From positions 2,741,365 to 2,798,125 of the forward strand of contig NMRA01000002.1 of the NCBI GenBank assembly GCA_002633005.1: DNA of 56,761 bases, given 5' to 3'. How positions within the stretch are numbered: the first letter of the stretch is position 1; every line of letters starts with the position of its first letter. A model generated the notes under the pieces. That model saw nothing but the letters and a program-made list of their open reading frames with translations. It was not told the origin of the DNA and did not search any database. Below are positions 39,401 to 52,655 of the stretch, piece after piece. This DNA comes from Phoronis australis. Its lineage: Eukaryota; Animalia; Phoronida. A program made the position numbers and the translations under genes.

Positions 39401-42400
39401 GACAACTGTTTCGTTTCGGTTTGGATGCGCTTAGTTTGTCCACAGATTTTTTACTGCCTTTCCCAATAGTTTTACCGACAGACGTTAATCCAATGTTTCA
39501 CAGCTATGTAAATTCAATTAGCCTAATCCGATTTCAGTTAATTCCTCGGGGTGTTCCAGCTAAAGTTATGTCAGCGGCGAACGTTTAACGTTTTACTGGC
39601 CCAGCACTGGCGTAAACTTTTCAGTGAGGCCGTGTCCGTTTCATGAGAAGAGACTTGAAATCTAAATTATAAATTTCGTTTTACGCTCCTTATATCATTA
39701 TCTCGCCTCAGCAACTGTAAGTTTCTGATCTGTGACGCGCTAACAATTACTTAGGCAACTGGAAACTTTGTTCAGTAATTTGAAAGTAGGAACGCGAATC
39801 AAATTTTCAGACAGAAAAATTTATTTAAAGTCATTTCACAAAAGAAACCCTTGCAGGATCATCTTTGGAAACGGTGGCTTAGGTCATATTTTGGGGAAGA
39901 TCCATTTGTTTTAACAGGCCTTATTCGGCGTCCACTTTCATGAAAAATGCTCGTGAATGGATTTGTTTACTTTTCTGTTTGGCGTAACGAAAAGGTGCAT
40001 TCGAACACTTCGGGTCGTTAACGAACGTCTAAACAAGCGCAAAAGCTGCATTTTCAAACGAAAACGCGTTCTTGTGAACCGACGTCCCTTCGAACACCAC
40101 CAGCCCAGGTGTTCTTAATGGCTTGACTTCCAGTTCCTAAAGTGTGTACATTTTTGTCACATCCTACAATAACAATATTCGCAACACCGCATTTTTATGG
40201 TAAATAATAAAAAACTAGGAGCCAATCAAAAATGACGCACGTGTGTAGGTGCATTCCTATGTTATCCGCGTCCTGTTTTGTAAAAATTACTAGATAAGTT
40301 CCCACCATCGTACTTAAACAAGGCTTCAGAAACCCGAGAAAGTGATCATTTTGCTAAAGCGAGCACCCAGAATAAGGTTATTTTTAGACACGCGTCTAAT
40401 ATTGGTGTTGCGATAGAATGACAAAAACAATAATCTAGACCAATTTGCTTTGAAAAATTGTTTAAGCTTAAAAATCCTGCAGTATGTCAAGTAAAAAACT
40501 GGCACACGGGTTTCCCATGAGTCCCTGCCAAAAAGGCAAACACAGCATAATAGACAACAAGAGTAAGAACATTAAATATAAAACAAACGGGGATAAAAAC
40601 ACCACAGAGAGACTCTACATCCTTTGTTTAGTGCTCGTGACACCTTGTTCCAATCTTCTCTGGTCTGTTTTATCAGGTACTCATGGTCAGCTCATGGCCT
40701 CTATAGGCTGAAGATTATAACGTGCTCTTAGGAATGTCTTTGTTTGTTAACGTTCAGTGGTAGCAACACAAACGTCTGAGTTACATATCCCCTTCAATTT
40801 TCATTCCGCTGCCGGTGCTGCAGGTGGGTGTGAACCCTAATGCGACGCACTTTACGAGAGGAGAAGGTGTGAGACACGAGCACAAAGGCAGTATGCGCAT
40901 ACCTAATGTAATTAGCTTGGTAACTGAGTCAGTGTATTCTGACTGAAGCGTTATAGAACTAATTATATATCTGCCTCTTGAAGAGGCACAATTTTTTACT
41001 CTGAAATTGGGGACATTTTCGACATGTTGTTAATCCATTGCGAAAATCATGCAAACTATGCCTCACAATAGTAACGTTTTGATTTCGGACGTTTTTAGCA
41101 CGATTACATATGGATTGAGAAGTTGCGTCGCAGCGCGTACGAGCTTCATTCGTACTTTTTTATTTTTAGGTCTTCCTGTAAGTTCCACAATTTCTAGAAA
41201 GTAGTTTGAAATCAACGTTTCAAAAAGTACTGCTCTTTCTAGCTCAGGTGGATTTCAAGCAGTAGTGAGAGATGCGGCTAACAGATGTCAGTCATTTTAA
41301 TACATTCAGCTCAACAGAACCAATTACCCTTTCCAGAAAAGCTGAGCAATATTTAACAATAGTTTACGTCTTTCTGAAAGAAAAATGTAACGTACCATGG
41401 ATAATAAGGTGCGCGTATCTTGCTCTGTAAATTACCAGCACCGTGCGCGGCATGCCCACCCACTACCTTCCTACACTATACATGTATGTAGTTTTTCGTC
41501 CCGCTGTTGATTTTTATTACCCAACTTTCCAGAGATTATCGCTTTATCTATTTTGATTTATGTTTCATTATTAGTGTATTTTACACCACTATTTTATCAT
41601 AATAAATGACATTCACTTCACCAACCCACGGTCTCCTTTTCATCTCTGGTTACATGTCGAACATAAACTCATCTCAGTATATGTTGAATGCGCACGTCGT
41701 TCCCTTTTGCATCAACGAATGGACAACACCGGCTTGCTTGGTAGACGCTAAAGGGTGAACCAACATACCGCGTAGTCGAAAAGATTCCAACAGCTGTTCA
41801 ATCTCCAAGCGGTTAGCCTATGACAAAATCGAGAATAGCATTTTTAGCAGACCCGCTGTCGTCTCTGGACTTCGATCTACGGAGTTACATGTTAGGTAAA
41901 GTGTTCCAGACACCTTCAGGACACACAAGAAGGAGTTTGCCCGAAGAATTTACGGGCAGGACTTTAATGTTGTAAAAAGAACTCGACACGGGATGAACAC
42001 GATGATTCAAATACGGCGCCTAGCGATGTAGTGACGTTAAAATGCAAAACCGAAAATATTTTTACCTGATTTGAAGCAGTTATAATAAAAGTGATGCTTG
42101 TCTTTACTCATAACATTGTTCATTCATTTCATGTATTCAGTGAGGGGAAATGGGTAAAACCGCATATGGATGAGACCATTTTCTAGAATTTATCAATGCT
42201 GTCTTTTTCAAAACAGACTTTTCCAATGCTCAGAAATGACAAAAGGTCACACCATTATATTGTTTTTAAGCCATTTTTATGAATATTCCTGTGTTCAATT
42301 ACAGCGCATGCGCATTCAAACTAGAGTGCCATTACTTTTGGATCCCTCGTAGAAACAGTTACCTTGCCTTGAAAAATACATGTGTAATTTTATTTTTTCA

Positions 42401-43534
42401 AAAAATTCAAGCGAATGCATTAAGCTGTTTTGTAAGTAGCTTGACCACGTGACACTTCATGTACATGTACTTACGGTAATATCATTTCTGATGAAGCACA
42501 TAATTGTGCAATAAAACGCCCGAAAATGATTTCGAGTTTTTTAATAAAAAACAATGCCAATATCATTGAATGCTTAAAATGCCAGTCTATCACTTGCCCT
42601 TTGAATTATTCCGAGACATGCTATCCTTGGGGGTGTATTGCGTCAACGCCTATATAAATGGCAGGTACAAAAATGTCAAGAGTCAAACGTCAAAGTTTTT
42701 TATAACTTCAAATGACACGTACGCAGTGATTGAATAAAGTCAGTTTCCCATTTGGGTTGACTGTTTAATGAATCAGAACGAAGTGCATGGCGTTCAATTA
42801 CAATAGTAAGAGAACGTGTTTATTCCCAGGGCAGAATTGATCGATTGGTGCGTTATTTTGTGGGACAAAGAATACACGTGTGTCTCTTAAGGAAAAATGC
42901 TGAAATACGTGTACTTATATTTTCCCAATTCTATTCGCTGTGTTATAGTTTGGAATTTCACCAAAGTGTCGTGATGCGTTCTTTCTGAATTGACCGTCCT
43001 TCTGAGTGAAATAAATACGTGCCAACAGTCAAAGCGCTCATCTATCATTCACACATGTTACTGTTTTCATTTACATACACTTTATACTATTAACCTGTGT
43101 AGATGTAATTTGATATTTATTTATCCTGCGTTATTGAAATAATCCGACCCAATAAAACACCCGGCATTTCCCATGTCTCGGTGGAAAGCGGCTTTAATGG
43201 TATTAAATAAAAACCCATTTATGACACTTTCATGTTGCTACTTATTTTTCCCTTGGTTCGACCTTGACGGAAACATCAGTTTCAACAGTACGCTGAAAGA
43301 CCAATTTTGTCTGTAGTGTAGAAGTTCACGGGTTCGAGTCTCAGTCGAGAAAGGAATCTTAATAGTGCGTCACTGACGTAATCATGTATGCGTGTAAAAG
43401 CATATATTTAACTCGTTTTGAAATAAAATTTTATCGTTTTCGCACCCGCTTCGTACTCATAAAGTGTTGGAGGATAATTCGACGTCGAGTGGATATGACG
43501 CAAGAGAAGTCTCGCGGGTGAACTGAAATGTCTT

Positions 43535-44650
43535 TTTTAACGTCAAAAATGTGTAGTAGCTGTAACAATACAGCACGTGTATTTTTCTGTAGAACAAACT
43601 CTATCGGCAGAGTTATTTTCCCTGTCGATAAACTTGATAACTCTATCGTTAGAAAAATTAACTCAATCGATATACTTACTGACTCTTTCGGCTGACTTAG
43701 TATCTCTATCCATAAATTTACTAACTCGATCAATAGATTTTCTATCTATGTAGGAAAAAGTGATAGTATCGCTATCAATTAGTCTCTCTATCGATAGGCA
43801 AGTGACTTAGCTTCGATCTCTATCGATAAACTAAATTTCTATCTACAAACTAGGCTAATTCGATAGATTTAATGTGTCTCAATAGCTATATATATATCTA
43901 TCGGTGTAGTTATTATGATTATTGATAGAGAAAGTTAATCTATCAATGTAAATCTATAGAGTTACAAACTCGATCGACACAGTTAATCAACAGAGTTAGT
44001 ATGAAATTTATCGACAGAAGTAGTAACTCTGTCGATCGATAACATTAATAAATCTATCGATAAAGAGAAGTGGCAGATTGCATGAAAGAGTCCCAAATAG
44101 GGACTTAACTATGTTCTCTAAATCTTACCTGCATTTTTGTGGCCCTGTGAAAACACTGATCGCCCTTGCTTATGATGTTTGAATATCATTACTAAGTCCA
44201 TTTTTGGATTTGATACAAATCGAGAGTTAACTCTACATTGAAGTCCCAATATTATTGAAAATAAATAGGGATCTTTTCATGCAACGCCCCCCAATTTAAG
44301 GACTCGGTCCCTAATTGTTTTCACTAATTTAAGGGCACAGTCTTTAGTTATATTATCAGAAAATGCCATTAGTCAAAGAGGAGTTTATAACAAAGATAAA
44401 AGAATAGGAAAATATTATCAGTGAATAAAGAACGAAAGAAATACGAAAAAGACTTGGGTAACTTAGTTGAGTCCCTATTTGGGACTGTTTCATGCAACCG
44501 GGTAAAGTACTCTATGAATACAGTTGAAAACTGTATCGAAAGAGGTAGCATTTCCATCGATGGATACAATAGATAGCAACTCTGTGGATAGAGACAATAA
44601 ATCCATCGGTAGAGTTAGAACCAGAGAAGAAAATCCCTTTTTGACGTACG
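43535..44650. mobile_element. Degenerate TCTATCGATAGA-module foldback element (copy 2), interrupted by a MITE
   Basis: Many decayed CTATCGATAG modules on both sides of the 44072-44502 insertion. Ends ACGTCAAAAA and TTTTTGACGT. Related to 14311-14757. Confidence 0.65.
44072..44502. mobile_element. MITE, AGTCCCAAATAGGGACT TIR family (copy 2)
   Basis: ~40-bp TIRs TTGCATGAAAGAGTCCCAAATAGGGACTTAACTATGTT and AACTTAGTTGAGTCCCTATTTGGGACTGTTTCATGCAA. Homologous to 10504-10905. Confidence 0.9.
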
Positions 44651-45702
44651 AAAGAAACAGGCTCATTGGAAATCAAAAAATAAACCATGTTCAGAGAATG
44701 TAAGCAAAACAACTAGGATAACCTTCGTCCTCAACTGAGTTTTTGTAACATTTCTATAAAACAATGGAAGTATGTCATGGGTGCAAATTCAAATAAAAGC
44801 CGCGTTCTACTTTTGCGATTGAGGCAAACGAGAACGTAATGTCAATGTTATTTTTACAATTAATTATTTCAAAAAGGTTGGTTAGAAAATCTTAGAACTT
44901 TCCAAACCCCGTGAATGTTTGTGTGAAGCGATAAGGAAAATTACGAAACGTTGACATCTTTGGCTTAGCTGATGCGGCAAGGATAAGTTATCTTTAGAAC
45001 TCATTTTCAAAGGTAAATCTACTATCATTGCTCCACGATGAACGTGCACGTTGTAGTTCGCCATTCTTTGTTTATTTCCCATTGCGAGACAGAACCAGTG
45101 TGATTTTCTTCGATAGAACGCTGATAGGGTGCTGGTTTCGATCATTAACTAAAGCCCTTCACTGTTTGTGCTGACCATCACCACTGACCAGTGATGGTTT
45201 TACTACGCTTTAGGAAGTGACTGACTGTTATTGCGCAAAATAGAATTGAGCGTCATATTACAAGATATCTCCCATTCACATCTTTAACGGCTATGACTTT
45301 GTGTAATTTGAGAGAGTTGTTTTTTCCATCTTCAATCAAGTAGATGGCTTAAATAACAACATTTAATCGATTGACTATATAGGTGTTCTAATCAAAGATG
45401 GATAGGTGTAAAAGAAAATAGTAGTTTGTTCGCAGAAAATTGATCTTGATTCAAAACTGATGTAAATCTACTGTTCTGTCAATGCATTAGAAGACTAGAT
45501 AAACAAATAAAACATATAGTGACATTTAGTTAGCGATTGGTCAAGAACAAGCTAACACTGTTTTGGGAACCACGTCACGTATCGGTTGTCATAATACTAT
45601 CGTGGGCCGTAGGAGGAAATGTGTCGTTAATCTTCCTTGATAGTGATCAGAAACATTAAAGGTTTCCAACTTGAACGCAACCTCAATGCAAATTAAAAAC
45701 AT

Positions 45703-45978
45703 CCCTCTCTCTCTCTCTCTCTCTNNNNNNNNNNNNNNNNNNNNNNNNNNNNNNNNNNNNNNNNNNNNNNNNNNNNNNNNNNNNNNNNNNNNNNNNNNNN
45801 NNNNNNNNNNNNNNNNNNNNNNNNNNNNNNNNNNNNNNNNNNNNNNNNNNNNNNNNNNNNNNNNNNNNNNNNNNNNNNNNNNNNNNNNNNNTCTCTCTCC
45901 CTCTCTTTCTCTCTCCCTCTCCCTCTCCCTCCCTCTTCCACTCCCTCCCACTTCCCCTCCCCTCTACCCGCTCCCCCA
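45703..45978. repeat. (CT)n / polypyrimidine microsatellite spanning an N gap
   Basis: CT repeats flank the Ns at 45725-45890. Confidence 0.95.
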
Positions 45979-46927
45979 CATTTCCGTTTAAAAGTTCATG
46001 CAGCTCCATTTCGGAGACCTTCCTACTGATATGAAACTTCTTTGCATTGGACTGTAAGACTGCAAAAAAGTACATCTTCATTTGGTACTTGAAGGAAAAA
46101 GTCTCCCCCAAATACAAACTGACGTCACCTTACGAAATTGCGGAAAGCTGTCAAACTTTTACTGTATTCCTCTAACGCACATCGCTCACAGACAGAAAAA
46201 AGCAGTCTAACAAACAGCCTTGGCAACAAAATCAAAAGAAAAACGTAACAACAAAAGAAAACCAAGCAGCGACGGCGGATAGGTCCGTCCTGAAGTAGCA
46301 AAGCAAAATTCATTCCAATGTATTTACCCACAATACAACGCGTGTTTCAAGCATGTGTCACGTTTTTTCACTTACAAATAAACAAATATATAATTCATCG
46401 TTGTAATGTAGGCAAACTTGTATTCTTGAATTTTGAGCTCTAGTGCTGTCACCCAGGACTTGGAAGAAAGTTCAAGTAACATTGCTGGGTGCACAATGTA
46501 TTGTTATTCCCTTTCTAATCAAGTCTGGAGTGTCCGGCATTTTGAATAGTATTTTTCAGTCTGCCTCCGAAAGAGAAGAGTTCAATTCACTGCGCTTCTA
46601 TTGAGTGGTCATTTTGAAGAAGAGTATTTAAAATCCCTTTCTCACTGAGCATCACGTTGTGCACTCTTCTAATCAGTTAAACGCACTTCCAGATTTCGGT
46701 GACCATTCGTTCTTTAGCGTCAATACGACAATTACAGGGAAACTTAAAATGAACCCTACAAATGGAGTGACTCCGAAGCATTTTTAAATGTAGTGCACTG
46801 CTCCGTGAAGTATAGCGTCCACAACGTTAAGTGAGACTATGCATGAGGCAATGCAACGTGATTAATTGGATAATTGAACGGAAATCTTAACTAAGCAATG
46901 TTAACATGCAATTTTGATTTATTGTAG

Positions 46928-47666
46928 GTACTTCTGTGTATGTCAACCTCTGATGACGAGATATGTCAATTCGCCCTCGCAGTCTGTGGTTGCTGTCACG
47001 ATCTTTTGGCTATCAACATTTGCTTTGATGAGTCCACTGTTTCTTATCAACAGAGTCGAACCCAAGGCCATTATTACAGGTGACGAATATAACGCCGATT
47101 TTCGCGTTGTCAACATGTGCGTCGAATTCCTGAATTCAACCCATTACTCGTGGGCACCTTACACTTACTCGTTTGGGGTTTACGCGATCTTGTACTGGAC
47201 ACCGCTAATTATCATGAGTGTCACCTACGGAAAAGTGGCGCACCGTCTGTGGGTACGTCAACCTGTTGGGCACCTTGACGAGAAATCAGCAAGATACGAG
47301 GCGCACATGAGACAAAAGAAAAAGGTGATGTTAACTCTCGTCCTTATAGTGGTATGTTTTGCCATCTGCTGGCTACCATTTTTTACCGTGCACGTGATAA
47401 CATTGTTTACGGACGCGATTGGACGAGACACAACAGTGTTCTTGCAGACACTGGGTTATACGAACTGTGCGCTAAATCCTCTTCTCTACATGTTGTTGAA
47501 TGATACTTTTAAGTCGCATATGAAAGAAATGCATAAGAACTGTTCATGTGTACGGAAAAGCTTCCGGAAGACTTCGACTGCTGTGGAGATGGGACTGATG
47601 AGTTGTAACTACAACAACAATGGCTCGATGGTTACGAATGCCACCGTTAGGGGTGACTCGGGCTAA
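46928..47666 (+). CDS. Class A GPCR, coding exon 2: Y of DRY to the C-terminus
   Basis: Acceptor ...TTTATTGTAG|G at 46927/46928. AG+G restores the Arg codon and gives DRY. Then TM4 W..P, ECL2 Cys, TM5 'YWTP...Y', TM6 'FAICWLPFF', TM7 'NCALNPLLY', helix 8 F, C-tail cysteines and TAA at 47664-47666. Spliced CDS is 1173 nt = 390 aa. Confidence 0.95.
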
Positions 47667-48143
47667 CCTTCAGTGTAACCCAGTGATTTAACAACTAGAA
47701 ATAGTAAGTGCAAGACCATGAACCTTTTTGCTGTTGAGAATTGTAAGATTCACATGTTCCTCGCCACCTGTTGGCTGCAAATGTAGGCATACGCTGTGTG
47801 GTTTCATTGGTTAGTTTCAATCTGCTTGTCTGACTGCGGTGTCCCATATGCATTGCAGAAATCATTCAAATCTCCATGAAAACAGGTCAATCTCTTTTTC
47901 ACTACCAGTTGCCAGGAAATTGAGAATTATGTCATACCTAAATGTATTCACTCGTAGGAAATTTCTAGCAATTTAATGTAGGTCTTAGGAATTAGTGTCG
48001 TAATGTGAGAGACTAGAACAGCCAAGGCCTTATGATAAATGCTTGTAGTCAGAAAGCGAAAGTCATAAAAATGTGGCAGGTTCATGGATTTACAACAAAA
48101 CTTTTAAGATTAAGTTGAGAAGACTGTTACTGAAACCACTTTA

Positions 48144-48149
48144 AATAAA
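48144..48149 (+). terminator. Candidate polyadenylation signal of the GPCR
   Basis: AATAAA about 480 nt after the stop codon; the motif is the only evidence. Confidence 0.3.
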
Positions 48150-48160
48150 AAACAGGCATC

Positions 48161-48340
48161 TTAAAGAGACATGGAACGCGAATCTCGTCAAAAATATTTT
48201 TTAAAAATTCCAGACCAAAGTACCATCTCGCTACGTCTACTACAGAGTAATTCGCCTTCCCCTGCAGGTGAATTTCCAAAAGAAATCACAAAATTCACGA
48301 TTTCTCAAATACGCACGAAGGAATAACTCTGTAGTCACCA
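48161..48340 (+). mobile_element. TTAAAGAG(A/G)CATGGAACGC element end, related to ~2779-2920
   Basis: Shared start TTAAAGAG(G/A)CATGGAACGC...AATATTTTTTAAA...AGGTGA(G)AATTTC at both loci. Right ends were not identified. Confidence 0.5.
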
Positions 48341-51149
48341 CAGAGTTTCTAATCTCCCTCCCATTTAGATAAGTGCGCGCATGCGCTCATAGTCATTCGA
48401 CAAATCGCTGATTGATAAGATGGATATCAACGGCAGATTATCATGTGTGATCGCGCTAAAAATCTGAGGTCGGCAGCACAGTATGAGGCAAGGTAGTGAA
48501 GCAAGCAATTTTCAAAAAAAAATAATTCCAAGTTCGTTTTAGAATATATTTGAATACTACGATACCTTCATAACAAATTTTAAGCAGTTAGGACGTATAT
48601 CAAAAGGGCCGTCCCGGATTTCGCGGCGATAGAACTCTCGGCCTTTTTCCTGGAGATAAGTAAGCTCACGACCTAGTTTTGGAAATCAGGCTCATCTCCG
48701 TATCTCTCATTGATATCGGGAAGGCGAAGAATTTCCTCGGGTATCTGTCCAGTTTATTAAACTTGTTCACGTCGGAGTTGTAGCCCACAGCACAGCAGTA
48801 ATACTTTATTAGCATTGGAAGGATGCACGCATTTTTATGGCAATCATTTTATGTATTGTGTAACGACAGGCCAGATTTATTTTACTTTATTTCCATAATA
48901 TCTGAAAATTATTACTGAGTTATGTCCGATGTAGTTTCAACATTTCTCACAATGACCGTGAAAACGAGATCAAGGTCTCCAAGTTGCACTGGCGCCAGGA
49001 CATTTCCCACCTAAACCTCGATGCAAAGTATGTATGAAATGAAAAGCTTCCTTTTTGAGGTATCGCAACACTTTCCAAGTAGAGCTCTTCAATTTCTCAC
49101 TGTAACTTTGACAACGAGGTCAGGGTCGTTATGTTCGACTTGCGCGTGCGTTTCGTAGACTCGACTGGGAATCTCGTGAAATTGTAAGATCATTCAGATC
49201 TTCGCGAGATATCGCGATGTGTTACAAGAGAGTCTTGCTTTTGCGGAGCTCTACTCTGGAGGCAGATGCCCCACGCATACTTCGGTGTAAAATACAACAT
49301 CGCGTGACGTGCGGACAGACCGGCGTTCGCAATATCACGCGTTTCACACAAACGCGCGGCGGGATTCAAAAAGGCATCAACTTTGACAGGGTATGCCAAC
49401 CTGTCCAAAAGTGGGTCCCTTCCAAGTCGTATCAAGAGAATAATAAAAATTAGATTTGGGGGCCAGCTAGAGGTTCTACTACAACTCATAATTGTTTGTG
49501 AGTTCCTGAGGCCTTTAACTGACAAACCTACAGCCATCGGGTAGTTTAGCAAATTCAATTTAACAGAAGCCTACGGATTATTGTCAAACAGGCTTTTAAT
49601 GATATGGAACGAATGACTTTTTTGATCATCAAAAATTTGGGCCAGATTGAGACTTTTCTCTTTATTGCACTTAATGTTGTAGTTTGGATAATTTGCGTGT
49701 TTTTTTTTTAAGTGCAACTATTGTATGAAGTGATAACTATATTTTTATTACTAGTACCCTTGGCAATTCCACATATTTTATGGGCCTGATGTTTGTACTC
49801 AAAACAACTTCAGCAACTGTTCGTGGCAAATCTTGAACCCTTTCCATTTTCGATGCTTCTTGCAATTTACAACATCTATTTTTCTTAGGTGCTAGTGTAC
49901 ATTTGCAAAATACGCACTTTTGTTTTTATAATCTATGGCCGAAGGAAAATGTGAATTAGATTTTTATTTACCCTCAAACATCAGCTATCCGTAAGCACGT
50001 GTAAGTTGTTTTCAAAGCTGATTCTGGTTGGTGGCATTTCCGTTGTTTGAAGGTAAATCGGACCTTTTACAAATCATTGGTGTCACAATGTTTGAGATTG
50101 TCCCAGTTACTTAGTCTGACGTAGACGCTTATGTAGTTTTAATTCACCAACAAACGAGGTTATCATAGAGATAAGTTCGACACAATTGTTACGTGTAAAA
50201 TGTTTCTCAACTACACAACAGTGTTTTCTTTTCTTTTGATGCATTGAATGAAATTTGCTGAAATATCATAGAAGCGGTGATCATCAACAGCTGCTCGCGT
50301 ACTCAACTTTACGTCAAGAGCGTGTAATGTAGACCATGGGCCGCATCTCCGCTCTTTGATCCGTTGACCATGTCAAAGGGCACGTTCATTTTGTCCTGTG
50401 TGGCTAGATGTGTCTTCAAGAGTTTGACATAAGAAAATTTTCCGCAATTTTATTTGCAGGTTTTTGTGAAATGGCAGATTTTTATGCCCCCCACAAAAAA
50501 TAGAATATCAACAGGTGGAGCTGTATGCTATCTCGTTAGCCAATCACAAGCTCAAAATTGAAAAGGTTTAGAACTATTTCAGTATGGCTGTCTCCATACG
50601 TTTTGTTATGAGGGCTCACTGTCGGTTTCGTGCAAGCCCAAAATACAACCAAGTTCCTGACTATGTTGACATTCCTATTTGCAAAATCTATTGAACAAAC
50701 GACACTTTCCGTGTGTTTAATCAGTTTTGCATATCGAAAAAATTGCTTCCGAAGTACAGCCACATTCCTATTTGGAAAATCATTGATTGTTTGGTTCAAG
50801 TCTTTATTAAAAGTGTATAGCCTGTTAAGTAATATTTAGTGTTCTCTCACAGGGCTCACTAAACACGATGTACAAAATAAATCCATGTTATAACAAATAA
50901 AAGACATGAAACTAAAATATACAGTAGAAAACAATACATACACCATTAAATTACAAGTACCGTAGTAACAAAAACAGCAAAGTAATAAAGGAAGATGTTG
51001 AAAATATGAAATGAAAAACATATATGCATGAATTGTGTAGGAAATAAATACAAATTAAATAAATACATTAGTAATACAAAAGCGGTTAAACGGATAAGTG
51101 ATTAAACGACGGTATAGTGCAGTTGTAAACCATGATTAAATCTAAGTAA

Positions 51150-52330
51150 AAACTACCTTTTATACAATTACCAAAGGAGAACAGTGTCACACAGTTGTTT
51201 AAAAGCGCTTGCATTTTGTGCGTGCTTTAAGGCTACAGCTGTTGAATAAACACTTGTAGTTTTCTAGACTTCTGAGATAAGTAAGGTGTTGACTATCGAC
51301 ATACTTCTTGAACAGGATGCATTTTTGATAATCGGTGTGCATCAAGGTTTTTCCATCGAAGTGTTTCGTACTTTACACTGACACTGGCATACCTGTCGGG
51401 CTGTTTTATTATGTTGTATTTGAAGCTTAGTAGGCAGCTATAGAAAACAGGTAGACCATATAACAGCAATGCTTGAAGTGGTGGAAGGACAACAGATTTG
51501 CACAAAAATTTTAAGAGATTAGGATTTAGGAACCATTTGGCTCTTCGCAAGAAACCATTTTAGCTGCCTTGGACCACATGCTGAAAGCACGTTCATCAAA
51601 AGTCAAAAGGCTCTCAAAATAACGTATAAATATTTAAAAGGAAACAAACCCGGTTTCGGCCAGTATTAGATGGCACTTCGTTCACCTAAGTACACCGGGT
51701 TCGTTCATTCAAGACTTGCACAAAGTTGTCCTATTTGCAGTGATGCCCATGGTCTCCAACTTGGACAGCAGCGTGAGATGGTGCTCAGTACCGAAGGTCT
51801 TCTTCAGGTCCAGGACCACGGCACCAGTAACACGCCCGCTATTCAAACTGGTAACAAACTTCAACCAGAGCAGTGGAAGAAGAATGAGTTATCTTGAAAT
51901 CTGACGAAAATGACGTCAATAAGTTGTAAGGTTGTAAGTATTCGTATACCTGGTTCAAACACCTCCTCTCGATAACTTCCATGAAGACAAGATAAACGGA
52001 TATCGGCGCATAGTTGGTATACAGGAATTTGCTGCCGTTCTTATAAATCGGCGTAAGTTTGGCCTTCTCCCAGTCGAGATTATTGCTGACTCTATTTGAA
52101 AGATAGACCAAAGATGTGCTTAAGTGGACCCACAGTGACAGCCACCGCAAACCTTACTAGTCTGCCGCCAATACCAGAGACTCTTGTTGAAGTTTGTTTC
52201 AAAGGGATGGACCGTATAGCTAAATTCACGTGAGTTAAATAACCCGGATAGGTATCATTACTTTGACGCTTAAAACAAGGGTGTAGAGAAGTCATGGTGC
52301 AATGTTTGTTTGTTATTCTGTAATTATTCT
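51150..52330 (-). mobile_element. LINE (L2/CR1-like) ORF2 remnant with the RT core largely deleted
   Basis: GIGGRLVRFA....GPLKHIFGLS, DWEKAKLTPIYKNGSK....NYAPISV....EVIER....QVYEYLQPYNLL, then FKYL and LLKFLCKSVV....LLYGLPVFYS. No YxDD segment lies between them. Confidence 0.85.
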
Positions 52331-52655
52331 GTACAAAATGAACTATTTTAAGTTGGTATCCCATAAGCAGTACAACACGAAGACAAGTAAACCTCGTGCT
52401 GTAGGAATAGGTTTGCATCAGTGCTTCTCTTACCACGAACTACAGGTAGCATCACGGAGACTGTGCTTACAAAGGTGTTGCCATCAGGCGTAGATCAACG
52501 TGGAATTAAAAGTAAGACAATTATCGAAGGGACCAATCTGTGCCCTTGTGGGAAAGGCCAGGTTTCGTTGCTCAAGTATTCGACGTCCGACTAGTCATGA
52601 GTCACACCACTGAGATCGGAGCCGATTAGATTCTGTAGAAACTAATATGGTATAA

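Larger units (their letters stand above)
29495..46927 (+). other. 17,433-bp phase-2 GT-AG intron of the GPCR gene
   Basis: Donor GTGAGT and acceptor TTGTAG. The join is in frame and yields a complete 7TM protein with no helix missing, so no further coding exon is needed. Confidence 0.9.

Noticed and set aside
45589-46117. RE/SL-repeat ORFs
   Set aside because: Translations of a CT microsatellite and an N gap.
46914-46927. ORF-track start of the 250-aa ORF as an independent gene
   Set aside because: It is a non-ATG start inside the splice acceptor region, and the protein lacks TM1-3, which exon 1 supplies.
47440-47490. Receptor as an opsin
   Set aside because: Position 7.43 is Tyr, not the retinal-binding Lys.
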